Position numbers and translations under genes: made by a program | Assembly (NCBI RefSeq): GCF_002087085.1 | Contig: NZ_MWQY01000006.1 | Coordinates: forward strand, 62,001-126,000 | DNA length: 64,000 bases | Reading direction: 5' to 3' | In this document: in pieces, positions 1 through 9,326 of the stretch | How the letters are laid out: each line of letters opens with the position of its first letter | How positions within the stretch are numbered: position 1 is the first letter of the stretch | The notes under the pieces: generated by a model | Databases searched by the model: none | What the model was told of the DNA's origin: nothing | What the model saw: only the letters and a program-made list of their open reading frames with translations

Positions 1-320
1 ATTCCGGCATAGAGTCCGTCCTTGCAGTCCAGGGAATAGTCGGTACCGTCGATACGTATCGTTCCCGGTCCCCCGACATTGATTACCCCCAGCTCCCGGC
101 GTTCGAGGAAATAGTCGACCCCGAATACCCCCCGGTCTGTCTTCAGCTCCAGGGACTCATTGAAAGGCATGATCCCGCAGATAACGATGCGGTCTATATG
201 GCTGTAGACCATTTTCAGGCTGCCGGGAACAAAAAGATTCTGAACAAGAAACTCCCTGCGCAGGCCTTCGGTATCGAGAACTTTGCCGTGTCCGGGGTGC
301 ATAGGATGCCGTATTTCCAT
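1..320 (-). CDS. kduI: 4-deoxy-L-threo-5-hexosulose-uronate ketol-isomerase (5' part only, runs off the window)
   Basis: Not in the ORF track. Manual translation from the ATG at 320 gives MEIRHPMHPGHGKVLDTEGLRREFLVQNLF...YSHIDRIV...YFLERRELGVINVGG, which carries the typical KduI motifs. GGAGA RBS upstream. Confidence 0.9.
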   Translation of the reverse strand, partial: MEIRHPMHPGHGKVLDTEGLRREFLVQNLFVPGSLKMVYSHIDRIVICGIMPFNESLELKTDRGVFGVDYFLERRELGVINVGGPGTIRIDGTDYSLDCKDGLYAG

Positions 321-338
321 GAATCACCGCTCTCCAAG

Positions 339-353
339 TTTCACATCGTGAAA
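339..353. promoter_or_regulatory. Putative IclR/KdgR-type operator upstream of kduI
   Basis: Palindrome TTTCAC-ATC-GTGAAA; same TTTCA-N5-TGAAA core as the site at 1256-1282. Confidence 0.6.
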
Positions 354-457
354 TCTTGTTTCATCTTTTTTCACAATAATTCTACCATAGATTTCCGGCG
401 GGTCAACAAAAAGTTTCACATTATGGTATCTTTTTCCTCTAAGAGGAACAAAGAGCC

Positions 458-1267
458 CTAAACCGCGACGATTTCAACCTCGTCGGTATCGTAGCCCAGA
501 CGGGCTGAGATTTTCAGGGCGGTTTGACGGACCAGGGAACCGAGTTCATCCATGGAATAGCGGGTCTGATGAGGGCTCCAGGCTGTGCTGATTGCGGCAA
601 TAACCTTGTTCCGGTAATCGTAGATCGGAGCGGCCACACAGCTGGTATTGTACTCCCACTCCTCGTCGTCCAGGCTGTATCCCTGGTCGCGGTACTTCCG
701 TATAAGACTCAAGAGTTCCGGGACCTCTGTCACGGTTTTCTCGGTCCGCTTTACGCGTTCCTCTCCTTCCAGAATTCGCTGAAGGGAATCTTCGGGTTCG
801 TCGAAGAGCAGAGCTTTGCCGATGGCGGTACAGTGAAAGGGACGGCGCATGCCGATTATCGCGAAGCGATGGGTACTGTCGAACTTTTCGATCTTGTCTA
901 TGTAGACGACCTCGCCGTCCTTGCGGATGGCGAGAAAAACAACCTGCCCCAGCAGATTGGCGAGCTCCCGCATGTAGTACTCCGCCTCGGTCTTGAGCTC
1001 GATGCGGTTAAGGTACATTCCGGACATGTGTACAAAACCGAGTCCCAGGCGGTAGCAGTTGGTCCGGGGGGCTTTTTCCACGTAGTGCCGGCCCAGGAGC
1101 CCCGCAAGAAGCCGGTGAACCGTGCTCTTATGAAGATCCAGCCTGTTGGAAATCTCCGTCAGGGTAAAGCCCTGGGGATCCCGGGACAGAAGCTCCAGGA
1201 TATCGAAGGCCCGCTCGATGGACTGTACAGCCCCTTTTTTCCGGGAATTTTCAGAACTCTGTTTCAT
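458..1267 (-). CDS. IclR-family transcriptional regulator (KdgR-like)
   Basis: N-terminal VQSIERAFDILELL...LHKSTVHRLL HTH; C-terminal CTAIGKALL and GYSLDDEE...CVAAPI IclR effector domain. Confidence 0.92.
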   Translation of the reverse strand: MKQSSENSRKKGAVQSIERAFDILELLSRDPQGFTLTEISNRLDLHKSTVHRLLAGLLGRHYVEKAPRTNCYRLGLGFVHMSGMYLNRIELKTEAEYYMRELANLLGQVVFLAIRKDGEVVYIDKIEKFDSTHRFAIIGMRRPFHCTAIGKALLFDEPEDSLQRILEGEERVKRTEKTVTEVPELLSLIRKYRDQGYSLDDEEWEYNTSCVAAPIYDYRNKVIAAISTAWSPHQTRYSMDELGSLVRQTALKISARLGYDTDEVEIVAV

Positions 1268-1282
1268 ACTATGAAACAGAGT
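1256..1282. promoter_or_regulatory. Putative autoregulatory operator overlapping the IclR start codon
   Basis: Perfect 12-3-12 inverted repeat ACTCTGTTTCAT-ACT-ATGAAACAGAGT. Confidence 0.65.
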
Positions 1283-1338
1283 ATCTGATTATTCGGTAAA
1301 TTGCAACAGAAATCGTATAGGGAGCTCAGACAGGGTGA

Positions 1339-2127
1339 TTATAGCATATAATCCGGATCCCGTATTACCGCGTTCTCCTGGTTGATGCTCAGGATTCTCT
1401 CCAGGTATTCGGGGCTTATGTACTGCGCCTCGTATTCCACCCCCTCGCGGTCGAGCTGCCGCAGGAAGGAGCGCAGATGGTTCCTCGAACCTTTCATCAG
1501 GTTCTGGTACAGGATGCTGATATCATCGTTGTCCGTCAGCTCCAGGTTCTGCTGCAGATCATGAATGTCCAGGTCCTCGATGAGGGCCCCGACCTTCAGG
1601 GCATCCACCACTGAGGTCTTTCCCCTGGCAGTGAGGTCCGCATACAGACTGACGAGGCCGCTGTCTTCGTACACCCCGGCATCACCTGTTCCGGCTTTTT
1701 CGAGACCGTAGGCATCCAGGAGCATTCCCACGGACTCCATGTGTTGCTCTTCACTCATGGCGATATTGCGAAAAACAGGAAGGTTCCAGGTTTCGTAGAG
1801 TTCCTGGTATACGTCCCTGGCGAGTTTCTCCTCCTCCCACATGAACAGCAGTCCTTCCGCCTCCTGCTGTGACAGACTGCCCGTATCTGCATCCGCCAGA
1901 ACAGACTTCAGGTCATCGGTAAAGCGGGAATCGAAACCGTAGCTCCCCCCCTGCCCTCCGGCGGCAGCCCTGCCGGGTCCGTTCCCGCGTCCCGGAACAG
2001 CCATTCCGGCTCCCCGGCCGGTTCCGTTTCTCAAGCCCCGTTCATAGTTCGTATCCTGCTGGCCCGCCGCAACGAGGAACAGTCCGGCAAACATCATGAC
2101 AATGGTAACAGTGATCAGCTTCTTCAT
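1339..2127 (-). CDS. Exported DUF2202 ferritin-like protein
   Basis: Signal peptide and Gly/Arg-rich linker, then EEEKLARDVY, SEEQHM, IEDLDIHDL and GSRNHLRSF motifs of the DUF2202 four-helix di-metal fold; GGAGG RBS. Confidence 0.85.
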   Translation of the reverse strand: MKKLITVTIVMMFAGLFLVAAGQQDTNYERGLRNGTGRGAGMAVPGRGNGPGRAAAGGQGGSYGFDSRFTDDLKSVLADADTGSLSQQEAEGLLFMWEEEKLARDVYQELYETWNLPVFRNIAMSEEQHMESVGMLLDAYGLEKAGTGDAGVYEDSGLVSLYADLTARGKTSVVDALKVGALIEDLDIHDLQQNLELTDNDDISILYQNLMKGSRNHLRSFLRQLDREGVEYEAQYISPEYLERILSINQENAVIRDPDYML

Positions 2128-2189
2128 CTTTTACCTCCGATGAATGGTTTTGTTTCTTGATCCTTACAGGTACAAGCTACCGGAGCTGT

Positions 2190-2259
2190 GTGGAGATGCG
2201 GTGAAGCACATTTGAAAAGAATGTGTATTTGAGCCGCTGTTTCTTCACTCAATCTTCAC
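2190..2259. promoter_or_regulatory. Two oppositely oriented direct-repeat boxes, candidate OmpR-family binding sites
   Basis: CTTCAC-N5-CTCCAC on the - strand (2190-2206) and CTTCAC-N5-CTTCAC on the + strand (2243-2259); 11-bp period. Confidence 0.55.
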
Positions 2260-2348
2260 AGTCTGCCCACTATTTCTCCATGAACCGACGCTAAGGTGTA
2301 TACTGTAACGTGGGCCCGGAGGCCTTTACACAAGGAGAGAAACGACAA

Positions 2349-3188
2349 ATGAAGAGAAAGGGCATATCCCTGCGCAGGGTGGTGCAGATTTTTTTCCTGC
2401 TCCTTATTACCCTGATCGCGGTCAACCACACCCTGGAAGAGCGGGGAATCGAGATTCCTTTAGTTGGTTCGGCATCGCTGCATGCGGTCTGCCCCTTCGG
2501 CGGGGTGGTATCGATCTATCAGTATGCTGCAGCCGGAACCTTCACGAAAAAGATCCATGAATCATCCTTTATTCTGATGATAATCGTATTCGCCCTGGCC
2601 CTGGCCTTCGGCCCGGTCTTCTGCGGATGGATCTGTCCCCTGGGTACGGTGCAGGAGTTTATCTCCCGGATCGGGCGCAGGCTATTCGGCAAACGGCACA
2701 ACAATTTTATTCCCCGGGCGGCGGACCGCTATTTACGCTATCTGCGCTATCTGGTACTGGGATGGGTCATTTACGCCACAGCCGTTTCCGGGGTCCTGGT
2801 ATTTGCGGACTACGATCCCTACTACGCCCTCTTCAACTTCTGGACCGGAGAGGTAGCGGTCTCCGCCTTTGTCATTCTGGCCCTGGTCCTGCTGGCAGCC
2901 CTCTTTGTTGAACGGCCTTTCTGTAAATACGCCTGCCCCTACGGGGCCGTTCTGGGGCTCTTCAATATTGTCCGGGTCTTCGGGATCAAACGAAATACGG
3001 ATACCTGTATCAACTGCAGGGCCTGCGACCGGGCCTGTCCCATGAACATACAGGTCTCCACCGCAGGCAGGGTACGGGACCACCAGTGCATCAGTTGCCT
3101 GGAATGCTCCAGCGAAACCGCCTGCCCCGTACCGGCAACGGTGGAACTTGCAGCCGGAAACATCAGCATAAAAAAGGCGGAGGTATAG
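2349..3188 (+). CDS. Membrane 4Fe-4S binding protein (NapH/YccM/FixG-like)
   Basis: Multiple TM segments; FCGWICPLG, FCKYACPYG, CINCRACDRACPM and CISCLECSSETACP motifs; start moved to the ATG at 2349 after an AAGGAG RBS. Confidence 0.88.
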   Translation: MKRKGISLRRVVQIFFLLLITLIAVNHTLEERGIEIPLVGSASLHAVCPFGGVVSIYQYAAAGTFTKKIHESSFILMIIVFALALAFGPVFCGWICPLGTVQEFISRIGRRLFGKRHNNFIPRAADRYLRYLRYLVLGWVIYATAVSGVLVFADYDPYYALFNFWTGEVAVSAFVILALVLLAALFVERPFCKYACPYGAVLGLFNIVRVFGIKRNTDTCINCRACDRACPMNIQVSTAGRVRDHQCISCLECSSETACPVPATVELAAGNISIKKAEV

Positions 3189-3189
3189 C

Positions 3190-3921
3190 ATGAAAGTACG
3201 TTCCCCCCTGCTGGCGGTAATAATCGTTGCTGTCTTTGTTTCGGGTATCGGTCTCTCCATGGCCTTCAACCTGTGGCGTACCGAAGCATCCAAAGAACCG
3301 GCCCGCTACGAATCCGGGGAGTTTGCCGGGGAGTACAATCCGGCGGATATCCGCGGGTCCTATACCTTCGGCGACATCGAAGATACCTTCGGGGTCCCCG
3401 CACAGGTGCTGGGCAAAGCCTTTGCCCTTGGACCCGACAAGGCCCCGGCTGCCTACCAGGTAAAGGAACTGGAGGAAAGTTACGGAGAACTCCCCGATGG
3501 AGGGGAGATCGGTACCGACTCTGTCCGGCTCTTTACCGCCCTCTACCTGGGACTTCCTTATACTGCGGAAGAGACAACCCGGCTTCCCGCTCCGGCCCTG
3601 GATCTCCTGAAAGAGAAACTTGCGCCCGCCGATATCGACAGTCTTCGGGGAATCACGGCGGAACCGCAGGATCTTGTTCCCGCGGCACCTGAGGAAGCTG
3701 TGCCGGAGAATACTGAGGAAAGCGCTGCTGCCGGAGAAGTGAAAGGAAACACCACCTTCGGGGAACTCCTGGAATGGGGGCTTACCCGCGAGCAGATTGA
3801 AGGGGTGCTGGGAATCCCCATGGGCCCCCGGACCGTGACGGTTCGGGATTACGTCAAGGAACAGGGACTCGAGTTCTCGGTCTACCGGACAGCCCTGCAG
3901 GAGCTGTTGAACACACAATAA
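3190..3921 (+). CDS. Membrane-anchored extracytoplasmic hypothetical protein with an internal repeat
   Basis: One N-terminal hydrophobic helix; starts 1 bp after the upstream gene with a GGAGG RBS; repeats DIRGSYTFGDI and EVKGNTTFGEL. Confidence 0.75.
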   Translation: MKVRSPLLAVIIVAVFVSGIGLSMAFNLWRTEASKEPARYESGEFAGEYNPADIRGSYTFGDIEDTFGVPAQVLGKAFALGPDKAPAAYQVKELEESYGELPDGGEIGTDSVRLFTALYLGLPYTAEETTRLPAPALDLLKEKLAPADIDSLRGITAEPQDLVPAAPEEAVPENTEESAAAGEVKGNTTFGELLEWGLTREQIEGVLGIPMGPRTVTVRDYVKEQGLEFSVYRTALQELLNTQ

Positions 3922-3931
3922 GAGGACAGGC

Positions 3932-4615
3932 GTGGCGGAAGTTTTTATAGTAGAAGACAACGACAACGTCAGAGATGCCCTGGCAGGATACCTGAAACTC
4001 GAGGGAATAGATGTCCGTGAGTTCGGATCCCTCGGTCCCGCGGAATCGGAACTCAAACGCAGGACACCGGACCTGCTGGTGCTGGATGTGATGCTTCCCG
4101 ACGGCGACGGCTTCCTCTTCGCCAAACAGGTAAAATCCCGCAAGGATATCCCCATCCTCTTCCTTACGGCCCGGGACCAGGAATCCGACCGCATTACCGG
4201 CCTCGAGATCGGGGCGGACGATTATGTTGTAAAGCCCTTCTCTCCCCGGGAGGTGGTCCTGCGGATCAGGAAAATCCTGGCCCGGACCTCATCTGAAGGA
4301 GACGAAAAAGGCCTGGTTTTCCAACTGGAGGGCTCGCGGCTGGAGATAGACCGGGAAAAACACCGGATCAGCATAGACGGGACCGGTCTCTCGCTGACGG
4401 CGGCGGAATGGAACATCCTTGTTCACCTGGCAGAAAGGCAGCCACAGGTATTTTCCCGCCTGCAGCTGCTGGAGTCCTGTCTCGGTTCTGTGGCGGAAGG
4501 ATCTGAACGCACCATCGATACCCATATAAAGAATCTGCGCCGCAAGATGGAAAACGAGGGCTGGATAGAGACGGTCCGGGGATTCGGCTACCGTTTTAAC
4601 GGGGAGAGCGGATGA
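3932..4615 (+). CDS. OmpR/PhoB-family response regulator
   Basis: Receiver motifs VED, LDVMLP, LTAR and GADDYVVKPF; winged helix ERTIDTHIKNLRRK...ETVRGFGYR. Confidence 0.95.
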   Translation: MAEVFIVEDNDNVRDALAGYLKLEGIDVREFGSLGPAESELKRRTPDLLVLDVMLPDGDGFLFAKQVKSRKDIPILFLTARDQESDRITGLEIGADDYVVKPFSPREVVLRIRKILARTSSEGDEKGLVFQLEGSRLEIDREKHRISIDGTGLSLTAAEWNILVHLAERQPQVFSRLQLLESCLGSVAEGSERTIDTHIKNLRRKMENEGWIETVRGFGYRFNGESG

Positions 4616-5889
4616 AGTCCGCCTATTCCTGGCTGCTCCGCAGTTTTCTTGCCGCTTTTCTTATCCTGATCAGCGTGCAGATACTCATTCTGGGGGCTGG
4701 AATAGTTCCTGTTCTGGAAAGCTACTCCCGCAGCCAGATACACCGCCTGGATGAGCTGGCACAGCGTATTCTTATTAATCCCGCGGAGATCAGCGCTGAA
4801 AATCCGCAGCACTCGGGGCCCTTTTTTGTCTTTTCCGCCGACCGGGAGCTTGTCTACTCCAACCGCGGGCGGGGACGCACTATCCCCGAGACGGACTACC
4901 GGCCGGTCCGCTATGACGGGCAGGTAATCGGATACTATTATGCCGGGGAGATCCGTTTTCTCGATACCCGGTCAAACCGGCTCTTTCTTGCTTCCCTGGG
5001 AATCCTGCTTGCCTTTTCGATGTTTGCCTCCCTGGGAATCGCAGTGCTTGCAGCGGTACGCACAGCCCGGGGAATCGCCGGACCTGTCTCGGTACTGCGA
5101 AGAGACATACAGCAGCTGAGGGGCCTGAAGGCTCCGGAGATTCGTGACTTCCCGGTCCGGGAGCTTTCGGAGATTTCCGTCAGCCTGAACAGGGTTGGAA
5201 CCATTCTCGCAGGCGAGGAGGAGTACAAGCAGCAGTGGATGCAGAATATCGCCCACGACCTGAGGACCCCCTTGAGCGGATTGCGGGGACAGCTCGAAGG
5301 GATGCGGGACGGTGTACTGGAAGCAGGGCCGGAACGATACCAGCGCACCCTTAAGGAGCTTGAACGGCTGGAAGCCATGATAGCCTCGGTAAGCGAACTC
5401 TCCAGAATCGAAAACCTGAAGGAGCTCCAGATTGATGCGATATCCGGCGAGAACTTCTGCAGGGAGACATACAGAACCTTTGAAACCCGTCTGGCCGAAG
5501 GGGGCAGCAGTCTCACCTGCTCCGCGAAGATCCCCTATTTTTACGCCGACGGAAACCTGATTCGACGGGCCGTGGAAAACATCCTGGGAAATGCCCTTGT
5601 CTACGCCGGCCCCGGAGCATCAATCTTTATGGAGATTACAGCAGGAGATCAGGACGAGACGGTCCTTAAAATCAGCAACGACGGACCTCATATACCGGAA
5701 GATCAGCTGGAGAAAATTTTCCAGCGCTTTTACCGGGGAGAGTACAGCCGCTCCACCCCCGGTACGGGCCTGGGACTGAACATAAGCCGGGAGATTGTCC
5801 AGCGTCACGGCGGCTGCATCAGCGCCGAAAACCTGAAACCCCGGGGAGTAGCTTTTACAATTACCCTCCCGAAACCGCAGTCACAGTGA
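4612..5889 (+). CDS. Sensor histidine kinase (BaeS-like, 2 TM, HAMP)
   Basis: H-box AHDLRTPL, N-box ENILGNAL, F-box IFQRFYRG, G2 GTGLGL; ATGA overlap with the response regulator. Confidence 0.93.
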   Translation: MKSAYSWLLRSFLAAFLILISVQILILGAGIVPVLESYSRSQIHRLDELAQRILINPAEISAENPQHSGPFFVFSADRELVYSNRGRGRTIPETDYRPVRYDGQVIGYYYAGEIRFLDTRSNRLFLASLGILLAFSMFASLGIAVLAAVRTARGIAGPVSVLRRDIQQLRGLKAPEIRDFPVRELSEISVSLNRVGTILAGEEEYKQQWMQNIAHDLRTPLSGLRGQLEGMRDGVLEAGPERYQRTLKELERLEAMIASVSELSRIENLKELQIDAISGENFCRETYRTFETRLAEGGSSLTCSAKIPYFYADGNLIRRAVENILGNALVYAGPGASIFMEITAGDQDETVLKISNDGPHIPEDQLEKIFQRFYRGEYSRSTPGTGLGLNISREIVQRHGGCISAENLKPRGVAFTITLPKPQSQ

Positions 5890-6367
5890 GTCCTGTCCCT
5901 TCGGGAATATTCCTGTCGATATAATTGCTGTAATCCTTCAGAATTCGCTCGTAGGGTCCGGACAGTAAAGGCGAAGAAATAAGAAAATCCGCCGTTGAAC
6001 GGTTACAGGCAGTAAGAACATTGTACAGAACCGCTATTCTTAAAAGCGCCTTTACGTCCACATCATGGGGCTGAGGTTCCATGGGGTCCCAGAAGAATAT
6101 GATCATATCGATAAGCCCGTCGACTATATGAGATCCCAGCTGCTGATCCCCGCCAAGAGGCCCGGATTTGAGAATCCGTATGGAAAGGGCTTTGGGCTTT
6201 CCATCGGGCAGGCGTTCCTGCAGACAGGTCTCCACCAGCCGCCCGGTGGTTCCGGTACAGATCAGGTTATGTTGTGAAAGAAGCTCCCAGTTCCATCCGA
6301 CCCATTCAAGGAGATCACTTTTACGATTATCGTGAGCAACCAGGGCAATATTCTTTTTCAGTTTCAT
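5861..6367 (-). CDS. mgsA: Methylglyoxal synthase
   Basis: IALVAHD, TGTTG, SGPLGGDQQ and FFWDP...PHDVDVKALLR motifs. Confidence 0.95.
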   Translation of the reverse strand: MKLKKNIALVAHDNRKSDLLEWVGWNWELLSQHNLICTGTTGRLVETCLQERLPDGKPKALSIRILKSGPLGGDQQLGSHIVDGLIDMIIFFWDPMEPQPHDVDVKALLRIAVLYNVLTACNRSTADFLISSPLLSGPYERILKDYSNYIDRNIPEGTGLTVTAVSGG

Positions 6368-6466
6368 GGGGCTCCCCCTCTTTCCGGCTATTTACTTACG
6401 TAAAAGGTAACAACCTTTATTTAAATAACCAGTACCGGGAAACCTTTTTTACATAAAACTAATATG

Positions 6467-7285
6467 TCAGGCAAACATCAGAAGGCTGAAAGCCATTACC
6501 ACCATACCCAGAATAACGCCGTAGATTGCGATATGGTGTTCTCCGTACTTCTCCGCGGTGGGCAGCAGTTCGTCCAGGGAAATGTAGACCATTATGCCGG
6601 CAACGGAGGCGAAGATAATACCGAACACAATATCGTTCATAAAGGGAAGCAGCACGAAGAAACCGAGGGCCGCTCCCACCGGTTCGGACAAACCTGAAAG
6701 AAAGGAGAGCCCGAAGGCCTTCCTTTTGTCGTTGGTGGCGTAGTAAATAGGTACCGATACGGCTATGCCTTCGGGAATATTGTGTATTGCGATGGCTACG
6801 GCGATGCTGATCCCCAGAGCAGGATCGCTCAGGGCGCCCATGAAGGTTGCAAGACCTTCGGGAAAATTGTGGATGCCGATGGCCAGAGCGGAGAAGATGC
6901 CCATACGCATCAGTTCCTTCTTTTTCCTGTGCTCCTGTGCCTCGTGCTGCTGCATCTCTTCGATCTCCCGGGCTTCGTGGGGATTCTCGAAGCCGGGAAC
7001 AAGTTTATCTATGAGGCTTATCAGGAGAATCCCGCCGAAAAAACTGGCGGTGGTAATCCAGTACCCCCGGGTAGCGCCCAGGGCTTCGGTGAGGGAATCC
7101 TTCGCCTTTACGAAGATCTCGATCATGGAAACATAGATCATGACCCCGGCAGAAAATCCCAGGGCAGCGGAGAGAAAGCGGGTGTTTGTCTTATGGGCAA
7201 AAAAAGCGAGGGCACTGCCGATTCCCGTGGACAGACCGGCGAAGAGGGTAAGCCCGAAGGCGAACAATATGACAGATGCGTCCAT
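6467..7285 (-). CDS. zupT: ZIP-family zinc/divalent metal transporter
   Basis: [32 protein letters not shown] and ELLP motifs. Confidence 0.93.
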   Translation of the reverse strand: MDASVILFAFGLTLFAGLSTGIGSALAFFAHKTNTRFLSAALGFSAGVMIYVSMIEIFVKAKDSLTEALGATRGYWITTASFFGGILLISLIDKLVPGFENPHEAREIEEMQQHEAQEHRKKKELMRMGIFSALAIGIHNFPEGLATFMGALSDPALGISIAVAIAIHNIPEGIAVSVPIYYATNDKRKAFGLSFLSGLSEPVGAALGFFVLLPFMNDIVFGIIFASVAGIMVYISLDELLPTAEKYGEHHIAIYGVILGMVVMAFSLLMFA

Positions 7286-7308
7286 ATATTTATAACTCTC
7301 CTGCTGCT

Positions 7309-9180
7309 TTATACCTTAAAATCTTCTATCAGACCAGAGACATTGGTCTGGATTACCGCGGTCTCTTCGGCGGCCTTTACCAGAGACTCCATCCGCTCCT
7401 GGACCTCCCGGTTCATTACCCCCATGCGTTCAGCCTCCTGCAGGGTCTTCTTCGAGGATTCCCCTACCTGCCGCAGGGCTTCGAGCAGGGCCTCGTTCCT
7501 CTGTTCCAGGTTGGCCGAGAGTTCACTGATGGCATCGGTCTGGGCCCGTGCGTCATCGAGCATTCCGCTGATGCTGCGGCTGGCCCTTGCCTGGTCCTGA
7601 ACGGTCTCGGAAATCCTGCCCGAGGCCTCACCGATCTCCAGGATTCCCGCCTGCATCTGTTCGAAACTGGCACTTGTACGTTCCGCGTCCTCAAGAGCCC
7701 GCTGGATCTCCTGAGATACCAGTTTAAGGCTGTTGTTGCTCTCCTTTGTCTGGGCGGCGGAGCTTTCGGCAAGCATGCGGATTTCATCGGCCACTACGGC
7801 GAAACCCTGCCCGGAATCCCCCGCGTGGGCTGCCTCTATGGCGGCATTCATGGCCAGCAGATTGGTCTGGGAAGCGATGGATGCAATGGCCTGGTTGATC
7901 TCCGACAGCCGGGCGGACATGGTGGCCACCTCCCGCACCGAGTTCAGGGCGGCGCTGACCGCTTCGCTTCCCTCTTTAGAGAGGGTTTCCAACCGGGAGC
8001 CCTGCCGGGAGACGGAGAGTATTTTGCCCGCTGCGGTTTCCACGGAATCGATGAGCCCCTGGACATGCTCCATGGCCCCGGTAACCGCTTCGGTCTGGCG
8101 GGAAAAGGCCTCTCCGATCTTTGAAACCACCAGTGCGACCTCTTCTCCCTGGTGAATGGCTTCGCCGTTTATATGGTCCTGAATGCGCATTTCATGCTCT
8201 GCGGCGCCAATGCTTTCACTGGAATCTCCGGCCACCGCTCCGGCCTCCCGAACAGCGCTCAGAAGCTCATGCTGGATTCCGTCCAGGTGGGCAAAATGCT
8301 CCTTCAGCTGAACCATGCTGCCGTGAAGCATGCGGATGAACTGATTTATACCCCCCGCCAGGGCGGCAATCTCGTCCACGGAACAGATAAAGACCGCACC
8401 GGTCAGGTCCTTCTCCTTCGAGGTAAGGGCGTCAACCCGCTGCTGGACCCGGGAAAAGAGGATACTGGTATTCTTTGCCCAGACAAATACCAGGGCCATT
8501 ACAATAAAGGCATAGATTCCCCAGGGCAGAACCATCTTTGCCACCAGCATGGGAATCTGCTGAGCGAGGGCGGCAGCGTGGAGATCCTCCAGCCGGGAAG
8601 TCTCCAATAGAACCGAAGTAAAGGCCAGACACAGGTTCATCAATGTCATGAAAGAGGGCATGATGATGATCTTGCGGAACTGCCTGTCATGACGACAGGA
8701 TTCAGGAAAGCGGGTTATTCTGTGATTATGCAGAAAGTTCAGAACCTTTCGATCGAGACTCACATAGACGAAGGCCGCACCGAGGAGCATGTAGGAAAGG
8801 GCCATTCCGGAATAGAGCAGCAGGCGTGCGGAATCGATTCCGAAGAGCTGTATCGACACAAGAGTGACAATAATAACCAGCACCAGGTTGAAAAGGATGA
8901 AGAGCTTGAAGATCGCCAGGGGGGCCGCTCCCAGACCGCTCAGGGCCGCCTCATCCACATCCTGCTCGGAACCGAGAATCCGCGGATCAAAGCACCTCCT
9001 CTGCCTGCACGTAACAATCCCCATCACGAACATCATGAGGATGCCCGTGGGAAGCAGCGCGGAGAGGAAGCGGGGAAGCATCGAAGGATCCATGTAGAAG
9101 GCGAACCCGAGGCTGTAAAGTCCCAGAAGAAATATCCACGGCAGATATACTATTAAAATGACACTGTTTTTTTCTTTCAT
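7309..9180 (-). CDS. Methyl-accepting chemotaxis protein with a multi-TM N-terminal sensor
   Basis: Hairpin [38 protein letters not shown]; about 6 hydrophobic segments; probable start MKEKN at 9180. Confidence 0.9.
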   Translation of the reverse strand: MKEKNSVILIVYLPWIFLLGLYSLGFAFYMDPSMLPRFLSALLPTGILMMFVMGIVTCRQRRCFDPRILGSEQDVDEAALSGLGAAPLAIFKLFILFNLVLVIIVTLVSIQLFGIDSARLLLYSGMALSYMLLGAAFVYVSLDRKVLNFLHNHRITRFPESCRHDRQFRKIIIMPSFMTLMNLCLAFTSVLLETSRLEDLHAAALAQQIPMLVAKMVLPWGIYAFIVMALVFVWAKNTSILFSRVQQRVDALTSKEKDLTGAVFICSVDEIAALAGGINQFIRMLHGSMVQLKEHFAHLDGIQHELLSAVREAGAVAGDSSESIGAAEHEMRIQDHINGEAIHQGEEVALVVSKIGEAFSRQTEAVTGAMEHVQGLIDSVETAAGKILSVSRQGSRLETLSKEGSEAVSAALNSVREVATMSARLSEINQAIASIASQTNLLAMNAAIEAAHAGDSGQGFAVVADEIRMLAESSAAQTKESNNSLKLVSQEIQRALEDAERTSASFEQMQAGILEIGEASGRISETVQDQARASRSISGMLDDARAQTDAISELSANLEQRNEALLEALRQVGESSKKTLQEAERMGVMNREVQERMESLVKAAEETAVIQTNVSGLIEDFKV

Positions 9181-9205
9181 ACTTCGATTCCTTGCACACA
9201 ATATT

Positions 9206-9282
9206 TTATCGGCACCTATACGAACTGAGATTTCCGTTACCTTTCCAGTATAAGTAATCGGCAGACAGATCGCACAACTTTT
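9206..9282 (-). promoter_or_regulatory. Candidate tandem sigma-28 (FliA) promoters for the MCP
   Basis: Minus-strand GCCGATAA (9206-9213) and GCCGATTA (9255-9262); the second is preceded by AAAAGTTG; -35 matches are weak. Confidence 0.45.
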
Positions 9283-9326
9283 TATAAAAGTTGTTTTAAT
9301 TTGTCTAAAGAAATACAATTAGAAGG

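Noticed and set aside
198..461. 87-aa plus-strand ORF
   Set aside because: It overlaps kduI antisense and its promoter; no motif or RBS.
9181..9318. N-terminal extensions in the ORF track (also 17582-17788, 21119-21250, 28485-28556 and 40326-40463)
   Set aside because: They run through promoters, terminators or neighbouring genes; downstream starts fit the RBS and signal-peptide positions better.
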